A DNA stretch of 64,000 nt from a virus, in IMG/VR virus record IMGVR_UViG_3300045988_183972; one strand, given 5' to 3'. The position numbers and the translations under genes were made by a program. The notes below the pieces were generated by a model. The model was given only the letters and a program-made list of their open reading frames with translations. It had not been told where the DNA came from and did no database searches. Of this stretch, positions 29,684-38,182 are shown piece after piece. Position 1 is the first letter of the stretch; each line of letters starts with the position of its first letter.

Positions 29684-29740
29684 AATCGAACGGTTGTTCC
29701 GGTGCCGAAAATGACTAAACTAGATAAAAAGTTTTTAGGG
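29684..29740 (+). repeat. copy 2 of the conserved ~50-nt motif
   Basis: aaatcgaacggttgttccggtgccgaaaatgactaaactagataaaaagtttttaggg; aligns with copies at 13460 and 58168. Confidence 0.5.
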
Positions 29741-30025
29741 TTTATTTAGAAATAATTCTATAGTATTAATAGCACTACCATTTATAGATATAATTTCTAA
29801 TTCTTCTAATTCTTTTTTTATATCAGTAGACATTCTTTTACTAAAAAAATCTTTTGTTCTAAAATCAATAGGATTGTTTAAATATTGCTCTATTTCAATA
29901 ATACCTAACCTTTTATTGGTTTCTATTTCATATAAAACAATATGTGTTGGAGCTATTCTTGAATATGATGAACCATATTTTATTATTAAATTTTCTAAAA
30001 ATACTATATAATCTTTTAATTTCAT
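29735..30025 (-). CDS. hypothetical protein (96 aa)
   Basis: Minus-strand ORF; divergent from + strand genes across AT-rich 30026-30321 region. Confidence 0.4.
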   Translation of the reverse strand: MKLKDYIVFLENLIIKYGSSYSRIAPTHIVLYEIETNKRLGIIEIEQYLNNPIDFRTKDFFSKRMSTDIKKELEELEIISINGSAINTIELFLNKP

Positions 30026-30321
30026 ATTAATAAAATACCTTTCTTTGTGTAATAAATATATGTATGTTTTATATATTTTAAATTATAATAATAATGTCTT
30101 TTATTTTATAAATTGTTTAAATTTTGATGTATATTTTTTGACATTTTTACATTATTATTAAAAACAAAAAATATGATATAAAATATTATTATTTAATTAA
30201 GAAAGAAAAATATTATAATTATATTTGACAGTAGTAAAATACAGATTTATAAATATAATTAAAGATATTTAATATAAAAATATCCCAAACTATTAATTAT
30301 ATAAAAAGAAAGGAAAATATT

Positions 30322-30783
30322 ATGAGACCTTTTTATGAAATAGAACAAATGATTATTGCTCATTATAATAATGATGATGATAGTTTTAATAGTTTTGCAA
30401 GAGCAGTAATAGACTATTATAGAAAAGATGGAAATATATTAGGTGCAGAAGAATTAGAAGAAATTATGACAACAGGTCATTTAGAACCAAGAACTAACAG
30501 ACCTAAATTTTTACAAGAGACAACTCCTATTTATCCAGAAAAAGATAATAGTGTTTCTGACAATACAAATGATGTTTCTAACATAGAAACAGTAGAAGAA
30601 AAGAAAAATGATATTACAGAAAGTATAGAAGATAATGATATTCAAGAAAAACCTAAAAGGCATAGAAGAACAAAGGCTGAAATGTTATTAGCAAAACAAC
30701 AAGAAGAAAATGCTGTTAAACCTAAAAGACATAGACGTACTAAATCCGAATTACTAGCTGCTGGATATTATAATAATAAATAA
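30322..30783 (+). CDS. hypothetical protein with two basic KPKRHRRTK(A/S)E(M/L)L repeats
   Basis: AAAGGAAAAT RBS; tandem peptide repeats at nt 30649-30699 and 30718-30768 that differ at synonymous positions. Confidence 0.45.
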   Translation: MRPFYEIEQMIIAHYNNDDDSFNSFARAVIDYYRKDGNILGAEELEEIMTTGHLEPRTNRPKFLQETTPIYPEKDNSVSDNTNDVSNIETVEEKKNDITESIEDNDIQEKPKRHRRTKAEMLLAKQQEENAVKPKRHRRTKSELLAAGYYNNK

Positions 30784-30892
30784 ATATCTTTATAAAGAAA
30801 GACTGTATATTGATTATTTAAATAAAATCAATAACACAGTCTTTTTATTATTTTTACAAAAAAGTGGTTTTTATTATCTTAAAAGTGTGCTT

Positions 30893-30925
30893 TTTTTTCA
30901 CTTTAGCACAATATTATTTTATATT
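30893..30925 (+). promoter_or_regulatory. recurrent promoter-like motif (TTTTTTTTCACTTTAGCACAATATTATTTTATA)
   Basis: Matches consensus seen at 20814, 36591, 48264, 50500, 56617, 60781 etc. Confidence 0.35.
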
Positions 30926-30945
30926 AAAAATGAAAGGAGCAAACA

Positions 30946-31197
30946 GTGAATGAGGTACTAAAAATAAAAAAAGAATATAATACGCTTAAAGAAAAATTTT
31001 TAAGCAATGGGATTGGAGAATATAAAATATTATTAGAAGAAATATGGGATAAAATGATAATAGGAGATGAAAATATTATACAAGTTCCATTCAGATATAA
31101 TAAATATATATCCTCTTTATCTCATATAGGTTTTAATGCAACTTTAACAATGGATTTAGATTGTTTAGTTGTGCAGATTACTATGCAGGAAAATTAA
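30946..31197 (+). CDS. hypothetical small protein (83 aa)
   Basis: GAAAGGAGCAAACAGTG then ATG. Confidence 0.35.
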   Translation: MNEVLKIKKEYNTLKEKFLSNGIGEYKILLEEIWDKMIIGDENIIQVPFRYNKYISSLSHIGFNATLTMDLDCLVVQITMQEN

Positions 31198-31219
31198 AAA
31201 AAAGAAAGGTAATTAAAGA

Positions 31220-32788
31220 ATGAGTATTGGAATATTTATAGCTGTAGTAGTTGTAGCTTTATTATTAATGAGTTATATAAAAGCACCAACAGATAAGGCT
31301 TTTATTGTATCAGGCTTAAGGAAGAAGCCTAAGTATGTAATAGGAAGGTCAGCACTTCGTATTCCATTTTTACAGAGAGTAGATAAGCTTGATTTAAAAA
31401 TGATTAGTGTTGATGTAAAAACTAAAGAGTCAGTTCCTACAAATGAATATATTAATGTAAATATTGATTCAGCAGTTAAAATTAAGGTTGGTTTATCACC
31501 AGATATGTTAGAAAAGGCAGCTAATAACTTCTTAAATAAAAATGATTTATATATTAGAGACCAGGTTGTTGATGTACTTGAAGGTAATGTTCGTGAAATT
31601 ATTGGGCAGATGAAGCTTGAAGAAATTGTTCAGGATAGAAAGTTATTTGCTGAAAAGGTACAGGAAAACGCTGCTCCAGATATGGAAAAGATGGGTCTTG
31701 AAATAGTAAGTTTTAATGTACAGAATGTTACTGATGAAGGCAATGTTATTGAAAACTTAGGTATTGATAGAGTAGTAAGTATTTCTAAGTCAGCACAGAT
31801 TTCAAGAGCAGAAAGTGAAAGAGATATTGCTGTTGCTAAAGCTAATGCTGAAAAACAGGCTAATGATGCAAGAATTGAAGCAGAAACAGCTATTGCAGAA
31901 AGAAATAACGAACTTGAAATTAAAAAGCAGGAGTTAAAGAAGGCTGCTGATATTAGAAAAGCTGAAGCGGATGCCGCTTATGAAATTCAGGAACAGGAAC
32001 AACGAAAGACTATTGAAATCACAACTGCAAATGCTAATATAGCAAAGCAGGAAAAGGAGATTGAACTTAGAGAAAAGGAAATTGCTGTTAAGGAAAAGAC
32101 ACTTGATGCTGAAATCCGTAAACAGGCAGAAGCAGAAAAGTATGCCGCACAGCAGAAGGCAGATGCAGACCTTTATTTAAGACAGAAGGAAGCAGAAGCA
32201 AAGCAGTTTGAAATTGTTAAACAAGCTGAGGCTAAGAAATCACAGGCAGAAGCAGATAGATTTGCTAAGGAACAGGAAGCAGAAGCTATTAAGGCACAGG
32301 GATTAGCAGAAGCAGAGAGCATTAAGGCTAAAGGTGTTGCTGATGCTGAAAGTATTAAGGCAAAGGGTATGGCAGAAGCAGAAGCTATGGAAAAGAAGGC
32401 AACTGCCTATGAGAAGTATGGTAAGGCTGCTATGACTGATATGATTATTAAGATACTTCCAGAAATGGCAGGACAGATTGCTAAACCTCTTGAAGCCATT
32501 GATAAGGTTACTATTATTGATGGTTGTAATGGTGAAACAGGGGTAGGTTCATTTAGTGGTAATGTTCCTTCAGTACTTGCAAAGACTATTGAATCTGTTA
32601 AGGAAACAACAGGATTTGACCTTACAGAGGTTATGAAAGCTAATACATATGATGCTAAAACAACTAAGAATGTTAATTTTACAGGACTTCCTAATGAAGT
32701 TAATGTAGATGCTTCTAATGTTTCTGATATAGAAGATGTGTTTGAAAATACTGATTTTGATAAGGCTATGAAAAAGCTTTCTGATTAA
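31220..32788 (+). CDS. flotillin-like SPFH/band-7 protein (YqiK/FloA-type) with long coiled-coil
   Basis: N-terminal TM IGIFIAVVVVALLLM, SPFH core (IVSGLRKKPKYVIGRSALRIPFLQRVDKLDLKMISVDVKT...), extended AEAE/KAxG coiled-coil repeats typical of flotillins. Confidence 0.7.
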   Translation: MSIGIFIAVVVVALLLMSYIKAPTDKAFIVSGLRKKPKYVIGRSALRIPFLQRVDKLDLKMISVDVKTKESVPTNEYINVNIDSAVKIKVGLSPDMLEKAANNFLNKNDLYIRDQVVDVLEGNVREIIGQMKLEEIVQDRKLFAEKVQENAAPDMEKMGLEIVSFNVQNVTDEGNVIENLGIDRVVSISKSAQISRAESERDIAVAKANAEKQANDARIEAETAIAERNNELEIKKQELKKAADIRKAEADAAYEIQEQEQRKTIEITTANANIAKQEKEIELREKEIAVKEKTLDAEIRKQAEAEKYAAQQKADADLYLRQKEAEAKQFEIVKQAEAKKSQAEADRFAKEQEAEAIKAQGLAEAESIKAKGVADAESIKAKGMAEAEAMEKKATAYEKYGKAAMTDMIIKILPEMAGQIAKPLEAIDKVTIIDGCNGETGVGSFSGNVPSVLAKTIESVKETTGFDLTEVMKANTYDAKTTKNVNFTGLPNEVNVDASNVSDIEDVFENTDFDKAMKKLSD

Positions 32789-32959
32789 TATTAAATATAT
32801 AATTTTGATTATAGGCACTAATTAATATTTTAGTTAGTGTCTATTTTTATATTTATATAAAAGATTGAAAATTTTTTTTACTTTAGAAAAATTAAAATAT
32901 ACTATTTTTTATCTTTTTTACACTATTATATAAAACAATAAAAATTGAGGATTTATATT

Positions 32960-33847
32960 ATGAAAGATTGGATAAAAAATATTCATACCATTGATAAGAC
33001 TTGTGTAAATTCTGAAGGGGAATATTATAAATATACAGAATTTAACAGAAAGCCAATATCTTTATATATCGTTGTAACAAGAGATTGTAATGCCAGATGT
33101 CCTTTTTGTGAATATAGAGGAAAACTAAAAAAAATCAATATCAATAAATTTGAAGAAATTTTTATTGAGTTAAGTAAATATTATGATATTACAACAGTTC
33201 ATTTTACAGGTGGAGAACCTACCTTAGAATTAGATACAATTAATGTATTAAGCAAAGTCATAAAAGAAATTTCTCCTTTAACTAAAACAAGCGTTAACAC
33301 CAATGGAATATTCTTAAATGAATTGTCTAATATAGATACAATAGATAATATTGCTTTAAGCAGACACACTATTATAGATAAAGATAATTTTAATATTTTT
33401 AGAACCAATAATATCGCTACATATGAAAATATTTATAATAATAATTATAAGGAAAAAATTCATTTAAGCTGTAATCTTATAAAAGGATATATAGATAGTA
33501 GTGATAAAATATTAGAATATCTTGAAATGGCATCTAAATTAGATATTAATGATGTAGGTTTTGTTAGTCTTATGCATATAAATAATTATTGTGAAGAAAA
33601 TTTTGTAGAATTTAGTAATATAATTCCAAAGGAAAAGGATTTTTTTAATAAAACAAGAGATTATAAATGTATTAATAATAAAAATATAATTACTTGCAAG
33701 TGTGAAAATTATCTTTATAGAGCTAAAAATATGAATTTTATATCAATGTATCATAGATATGCTATTAAGAATAATGAAAAAGCAGATTTTCTTGTTTATG
33801 AAAACAATCATTTAAAACAAGGCTTTAATGGAAATATATTAATATAA
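32960..33847 (+). CDS. radical SAM enzyme (MoaA/viperin-like fold; specific function unknown)
   Basis: Start moved to ATG 32960 (GAGGA RBS); CNARCPFC (Cx3Cx2C) followed by HFTGGEPTLE SAM-binding motif and NTNGIFL. Confidence 0.55.
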   Translation: MKDWIKNIHTIDKTCVNSEGEYYKYTEFNRKPISLYIVVTRDCNARCPFCEYRGKLKKININKFEEIFIELSKYYDITTVHFTGGEPTLELDTINVLSKVIKEISPLTKTSVNTNGIFLNELSNIDTIDNIALSRHTIIDKDNFNIFRTNNIATYENIYNNNYKEKIHLSCNLIKGYIDSSDKILEYLEMASKLDINDVGFVSLMHINNYCEENFVEFSNIIPKEKDFFNKTRDYKCINNKNIITCKCENYLYRAKNMNFISMYHRYAIKNNEKADFLVYENNHLKQGFNGNILI

Positions 33848-33862
33848 AATAAGGAGATAATA

Positions 33863-34201
33863 ATGAATAATATAAGAGAATATTTTTATGAGGTATATAA
33901 GAGAGATTGGATTAATACACATATATCCAATGAAAGATATATAGGGACTATGAATGAATATTATAAGGAAAAGAAAGATAATATAAATTATCCTGATTTT
34001 CCTTCATTTAAAGACTATATAGAAGAAAATGGTTTTGATTTTGGAGAAATTTATTGTAGTTATGATGAATTTTTGGATTTTGAATATCAACAGAAAAATT
34101 ATTGGAAAAGTTTAATTAATGATGAAGAGATTTATGGTGAATATTTAGAAGATTTAGAGATATTAAAAGAAGAAGAAAAAACGGATAATTTAGAAATATA
34201 G
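33863..34201 (+). CDS. hypothetical acidic protein (112 aa)
   Basis: AAGGAGATAATAATG; follows radical SAM gene. Confidence 0.4.
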   Translation: MNNIREYFYEVYKRDWINTHISNERYIGTMNEYYKEKKDNINYPDFPSFKDYIEENGFDFGEIYCSYDEFLDFEYQQKNYWKSLINDEEIYGEYLEDLEILKEEEKTDNLEI

Positions 34202-34213
34202 AAAGGAAAAGAT

Positions 34214-34426
34214 ATGGAAGAAAATGTAACAGAAGAAATGATAGACCTGTTAAAAAAAGTAGCTGATTTATGTTGCAAGGCAAGTGAAGAAGTTTATGAT
34301 GATGATAAAGAAAATGGAACAGCAAATATATTAAATTTATGTGATAAGTTACAGGAAGCTATAGATGAATATGTTTTAGATTATGACTGTAAAAAAATAT
34401 TAGAAAATGATGAATTAGAGTATTAA
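34214..34426 (+). CDS. small acidic Cys-containing protein (70 aa); has a frameshifted paralogue at 40252-40446
   Basis: GAAAGGAAAAGATATG; MEENVTEEMIDLLKKVADLCCKASEEVYDDDKENGTANILNLCDKLQEAIDEYVLDY. Confidence 0.4.
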   Translation: MEENVTEEMIDLLKKVADLCCKASEEVYDDDKENGTANILNLCDKLQEAIDEYVLDYDCKKILENDELEY

Positions 34427-34455
34427 AAAAATATATTATCATAAGGAGAAAAAAT

Positions 34456-34602
34456 ATGGAACAGATTATTAAAGAATTAAAAGAAGCAGGATATGATTAT
34501 GGAGTAGCTATTGCAACTAAAGCAGAAATTAAAGCTGGAGCTGCTTGTGGTCAATTAAGTTTAATAGTTGAAAAGAGTTCAGATAAAAATATGAATTTTT
34601 AA
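34456..34602 (+). CDS. 48-aa peptide matching the C-terminal catalytic-Cys segment of RlmN/Cfr (GYDYGVAIATKAEIKAGAACGQLSLIV)
   Basis: AAGGAGAAAAAAT RBS; ...GAACGQL... reproduces the RlmN C-terminal motif (SYGF..VRKTRGDDIDAACGQLAG) including the methyl-carrying Cys. Confidence 0.45.
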   Translation: MEQIIKELKEAGYDYGVAIATKAEIKAGAACGQLSLIVEKSSDKNMNF

Positions 34603-34617
34603 TATAAGGAGTCTAAT

Positions 34618-35424
34618 ATGAAACATAATTTAAAAACAATTTCATTTATGATAGCATCATTTAAAGATATTGTAAATACATTTGGGATGAATGAAAAATC
34701 AATAGCTTTTTTCAAGAAAAATATAGAAGGATTATCTGCTATAAGTCAGGTTACTCCATCAGATATCAATTTAATATATGATGTGTTAAATTTTAATGAT
34801 AAAAATATCAGTCCAGAAAAAAGAATTTCTTTTTTAAATGAATATGTAAAAGCAATAAACAAGGTTCATACCGTTAAGAATAAGGAAACAATTTTTTATA
34901 TTATTAATGATTTAAAGGATGCTAATGTAATTTCAGAAAAAACTAAAAGAAATGTACTAGAAACTTTAGATATAGATGAAACTCTTTATAAACAAAATTC
35001 AATTAAAGAAAATAATAATTTTGGAAATTATTCATTTAATAAAACTGAAATTGAGAAATATAATGAAATAATTAAAGGCAATAAAAATCTACATATAAAA
35101 ATCAAAAATGAAAATGAAAATGCTGTATGTTCTTGTGACAGACCTTATTACATCTATAAGCTGAAAAATTTTTTAGATATATTTGCTAATAGATATGAAG
35201 AAAATAATGCATTAAAAGCCTTAAAAGATGGAGATTTTATTATAGGACAAGAAGAGAGTTCTCCATCAGGAGACCCTTGTAGAGGCTGTAGAGGGTTTAT
35301 TACAACATTTAGAGAAGATACAAAGATTAAAGCCGAATTCTTAAAAATTAATTGGAATAAAATAATTACTGAATTGGATATTAATAATTACAAACACAAT
35401 GATGATTTTGATTATGATTATTAA
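34618..35424 (+). CDS. hypothetical protein (268 aa) located between the two RlmN/Cfr-like pieces
   Basis: AAGGAGTCTAATATG; C-terminal Cys cluster CSCDRP...GDPCRGCRGF. Confidence 0.45.
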   Translation: MKHNLKTISFMIASFKDIVNTFGMNEKSIAFFKKNIEGLSAISQVTPSDINLIYDVLNFNDKNISPEKRISFLNEYVKAINKVHTVKNKETIFYIINDLKDANVISEKTKRNVLETLDIDETLYKQNSIKENNNFGNYSFNKTEIEKYNEIIKGNKNLHIKIKNENENAVCSCDRPYYIYKLKNFLDIFANRYEENNALKALKDGDFIIGQEESSPSGDPCRGCRGFITTFREDTKIKAEFLKINWNKIITELDINNYKHNDDFDYDY

Positions 35425-35527
35425 TTAATAACATTAAAAACAGAGACTAAGTAAGATTATTTTAGTATCTTTTTTTAATGTCTAATGCACTATTATATTA
35501 TAAAGATAAAAAGGAGCTATTAAAAAG

Positions 35528-36325
35528 ATGAAAGAAGTAACAAGTAGAGAGTTTGCTAATGGAAAGGTATATATGTTAATGACTGATGATAACTATCCAA
35601 TAGAAACAACAGATACTTTTTTACCTTTCTATACAAAGAATTGTATTAATGAACACACGAATGAACTTAAAGAAGATGTGTTAGGTTCAAGAGAAGAAAG
35701 ATGGATGATTGGTGTTAGTTGTATGAGTGGTTGTCCTGTAAGATGCCAGTTTTGTAATACTGGAAAATTAAAAAGATATAGAAATCTATCTGCAAAAGAG
35801 ATATATGAACAGGTTGTTTTTATATTAGACAAGCATTCAGAGATAAAAGAGATTGATAGTAAGGAATTTAAGATTAATTATACAAGAATGGGAGAACCTT
35901 TTCTTAATATTGAAGCTGTAAAAGAAGCTATCACTCTTATAGATAATGAGCCAAGATTAAAGAATGTCAAGATACATCATTATATAAGCACAATAGGACT
36001 TAAAGGTAGTGATTTTAGTTTTATAAAGGATAATATTACTTTACAGATTAGTTTACATAGTCTTAATGAAGATAGAAGACACAATCTTATTCCTATCAAG
36101 GGTCTTATGAGTATAGAAGAATTAGGACAGATAAGAACTAATAGTAATTTAAAAACAACTATTAATATGACGCTTGTAAACACAAAAGACTTTGATATTG
36201 ATATTATGAAAAAGTATTTTGACCCTAAGTATTTTTTTATTAAGCTTAGTCCTATTAATGAGAATGAGGTTAGTAAGGAACATAATATGGGTAAAGGTAT
36301 TATTCATAGAGAAAATTTAATATAA
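35528..36325 (+). CDS. RlmN/Cfr-family radical SAM (rRNA adenine C2/C8 methyltransferase-like) core, lacking the C-terminal segment
   Basis: GVSCMSGCPVRCQFCNTGKLKRYRNLSAKEIYEQVVFI aligns with RlmN [38 protein letters not shown]; also YTRMGEPFLNIEAV (GMGEPLLN), ISLHSLNEDRRHNLIPI (AISLHAPNDEIRDEIVPI), KYFFIKLSPINENE (KINLIPWNPFPG). Confidence 0.6.
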   Translation: MKEVTSREFANGKVYMLMTDDNYPIETTDTFLPFYTKNCINEHTNELKEDVLGSREERWMIGVSCMSGCPVRCQFCNTGKLKRYRNLSAKEIYEQVVFILDKHSEIKEIDSKEFKINYTRMGEPFLNIEAVKEAITLIDNEPRLKNVKIHHYISTIGLKGSDFSFIKDNITLQISLHSLNEDRRHNLIPIKGLMSIEELGQIRTNSNLKTTINMTLVNTKDFDIDIMKKYFDPKYFFIKLSPINENEVSKEHNMGKGIIHRENLI

Positions 36326-36590
36326 CATTTTTTTATTATATCTTCTTAAGTTCTTATTTTTAGGATTTAAGAAGATATTTTTTTATATTCTTTTATTGTA
36401 TTCTATCCCATAAATAGGGTATAATTAATTATAAAAGATTGAATATGAATAAATATATATTAATGCATAAAAATATTGAAGTAGCTTTAATGGATTTAGA
36501 TGAAAATGATAGAAATGCAAAACCAATAAAATAGAAAATATTATTAATTTAGATTAAAAGTAAAAGAACTCTTGAAAAAAAGGGTTCTTT

Positions 36591-36623
36591 TTTTTACTTT
36601 TACCACACTATTATAGTATAGAT
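36591..36623 (+). promoter_or_regulatory. terminator plus recurrent promoter-like motif (TTTTTTTACTTTTACCACACTATTATAGTATAG)
   Basis: Preceded by gaactcttgaaaaaaagggttc hairpin and T8 run. Confidence 0.35.
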
Positions 36624-36676
36624 AAAACTTAATGAAAAAGTAGAAATATGTGTTTCACTAGAAAGGAGACATAACA

Positions 36677-36823
36677 ATGTATAGAGTCGAATGGTTAGAT
36701 ATGGATGGAGAAATTAAGATAGTTAGAGGGTTTAAAACAAGTGGAAAAGCACACGAATGGATTAGAACACACTGTTTTGATTTAGATTTTGAACATCCTA
36801 TGGTGCTTTATGACGAAAAATAA
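36677..36823 (+). CDS. hypothetical small protein (48 aa)
   Basis: GAAAGGAGACATAACAATG; first of three tandem small genes sharing a conserved leader. Confidence 0.3.
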   Translation: MYRVEWLDMDGEIKIVRGFKTSGKAHEWIRTHCFDLDFEHPMVLYDEK

Positions 36824-36856
36824 TGAAATGTCTTTCATTGGAAAGGAATGATAAAA

Positions 36857-37036
36857 ATGGATATTAGAATTTATGATATTGAAAATCTTCCATTAGGTAC
36901 AAGGGTGACTTTAGTTACTTGTGATGGATTAAAATATCCAGCAGTTGTATTTGGAAATAGATTTGGATTTGGAAATGGAAGTTATATGGAAATGGAAATT
37001 TGCAAAGAAAAAAATATGGCTGTATTTCTGGCTTAG
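36857..37036 (+). CDS. hypothetical small protein
   Basis: Start placed at second ATG (MDIRIY) giving 9-nt spacing from GGAAAGGA; upstream ATG at 36848 abuts the RBS. Confidence 0.35.
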   Translation: MDIRIYDIENLPLGTRVTLVTCDGLKYPAVVFGNRFGFGNGSYMEMEICKEKNMAVFLA

Positions 37037-37070
37037 AAATACGTGTTTCATTTGGAGAGTGAGGTAATAT

Positions 37071-37274
37071 ATGTATACAAGCGAATTATCATTAGATGAA
37101 AGAGTTGTTATAACGATAGATTTGTTAAAAGATACCATAAAATGTCAAGAGTCAAAAATGAAAATTGCCGATAAAAGAGGAAACGATGCAGACTATATAA
37201 AAGCATATGAATTATCTTCATTCTGCGAACAGATTAAAGATATATTAGATGGCAATTATGATATGACTGAATGA
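37071..37274 (+). CDS. hypothetical small protein (67 aa)
   Basis: GGAGAGTGAGGTAATATATG. Confidence 0.35.
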   Translation: MYTSELSLDERVVITIDLLKDTIKCQESKMKIADKRGNDADYIKAYELSSFCEQIKDILDGNYDMTE

Positions 37275-37307
37275 AACTAAGAATTCAAGAAAAGGAGCGA
37301 AAGTGAA

Positions 37308-37616
37308 ATGATGGAAAATATTTATTTTACAACAATGAATGGCACACTTGTTAATAATTATGATATTGCAAAAGCTGCCATCATTAATGGAGATTTTATT
37401 AATGAAAATAATTTTGATGAGGTACGGAGATATGCAAGTACCTGTAGGGGAATTATAAAGGAAATTAGACCGTCCATTAAGAAGTGTTTGCAGAATGGTG
37501 AGAAGGTTACGGCAATTAAGTTGTATTACATTAGACATCCTGGTATTGGATTGAAAGAAGTCAAAGAAGCAGTTGATATTATGGAAGCGAAAATGAAAAG
37601 TAAAAATACAATCTAG
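37308..37616 (+). CDS. small protein with ribosomal L7/L12 C-terminal-domain-like segment
   Basis: KVTAIKLYYIRHPGIGLKEVKEAVDIME resembles L7/L12 CTD [44 protein letters not shown] RBS. Confidence 0.4.
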   Translation: MMENIYFTTMNGTLVNNYDIAKAAIINGDFINENNFDEVRRYASTCRGIIKEIRPSIKKCLQNGEKVTAIKLYYIRHPGIGLKEVKEAVDIMEAKMKSKNTI

Positions 37617-38182
37617 TCACTAGACAAAGGCAGTTAGGAGAATACTTATAAATAAGATTAAATATGACGCAGCTATAAATACATTATTTAATAAAGTTAA
37701 AAAAGCTAGTATAAATGAAGACCCTGAAACTTATATTCCACTTATGGATTTATTACGCTCAGAGTTAAAAGATTATTCTAAAGAAGATTTTTATGATTCA
37801 TTATGTTATTTAGCAGATAAAACAAGTAAGACAAAAGATGATTTAGAAAGGGAATAATGAGAATGAATACAAATTTGATTTTACATACTTTGTTAGTGAT
37901 TATTTGTATAAATAATATCCGTACTAAAAAGAATAAATCATCTAAGATTTTATGGACTTTATCAGGATTATGTTTTTCAATTTGCCTTATGTTAGACATC
38001 ATACAGATGATTTAGTATTTTTATATCTATTTTTTTGATAAGGATATTTAACAGAGTTTGAGTAAATATAATGAATAAGGAAAATAATATGGAAAAATAT
38101 ATGACAGATGAAGAATGTGATAGTTGTATGTTTTGCGATGTTTATTATGATAATAATAGATAGTTGATTAGGGAGAAAAAGT

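Noticed and set aside
30137-30165. TTGACA followed by ACATTATTATTAAAA as a canonical sigma-A promoter for the divergent region
   Set aside because: Spacing to a TATAAT-like hexamer is ambiguous. It is kept only as one instance of the recurrent motif rather than a confident -35/-10 call.
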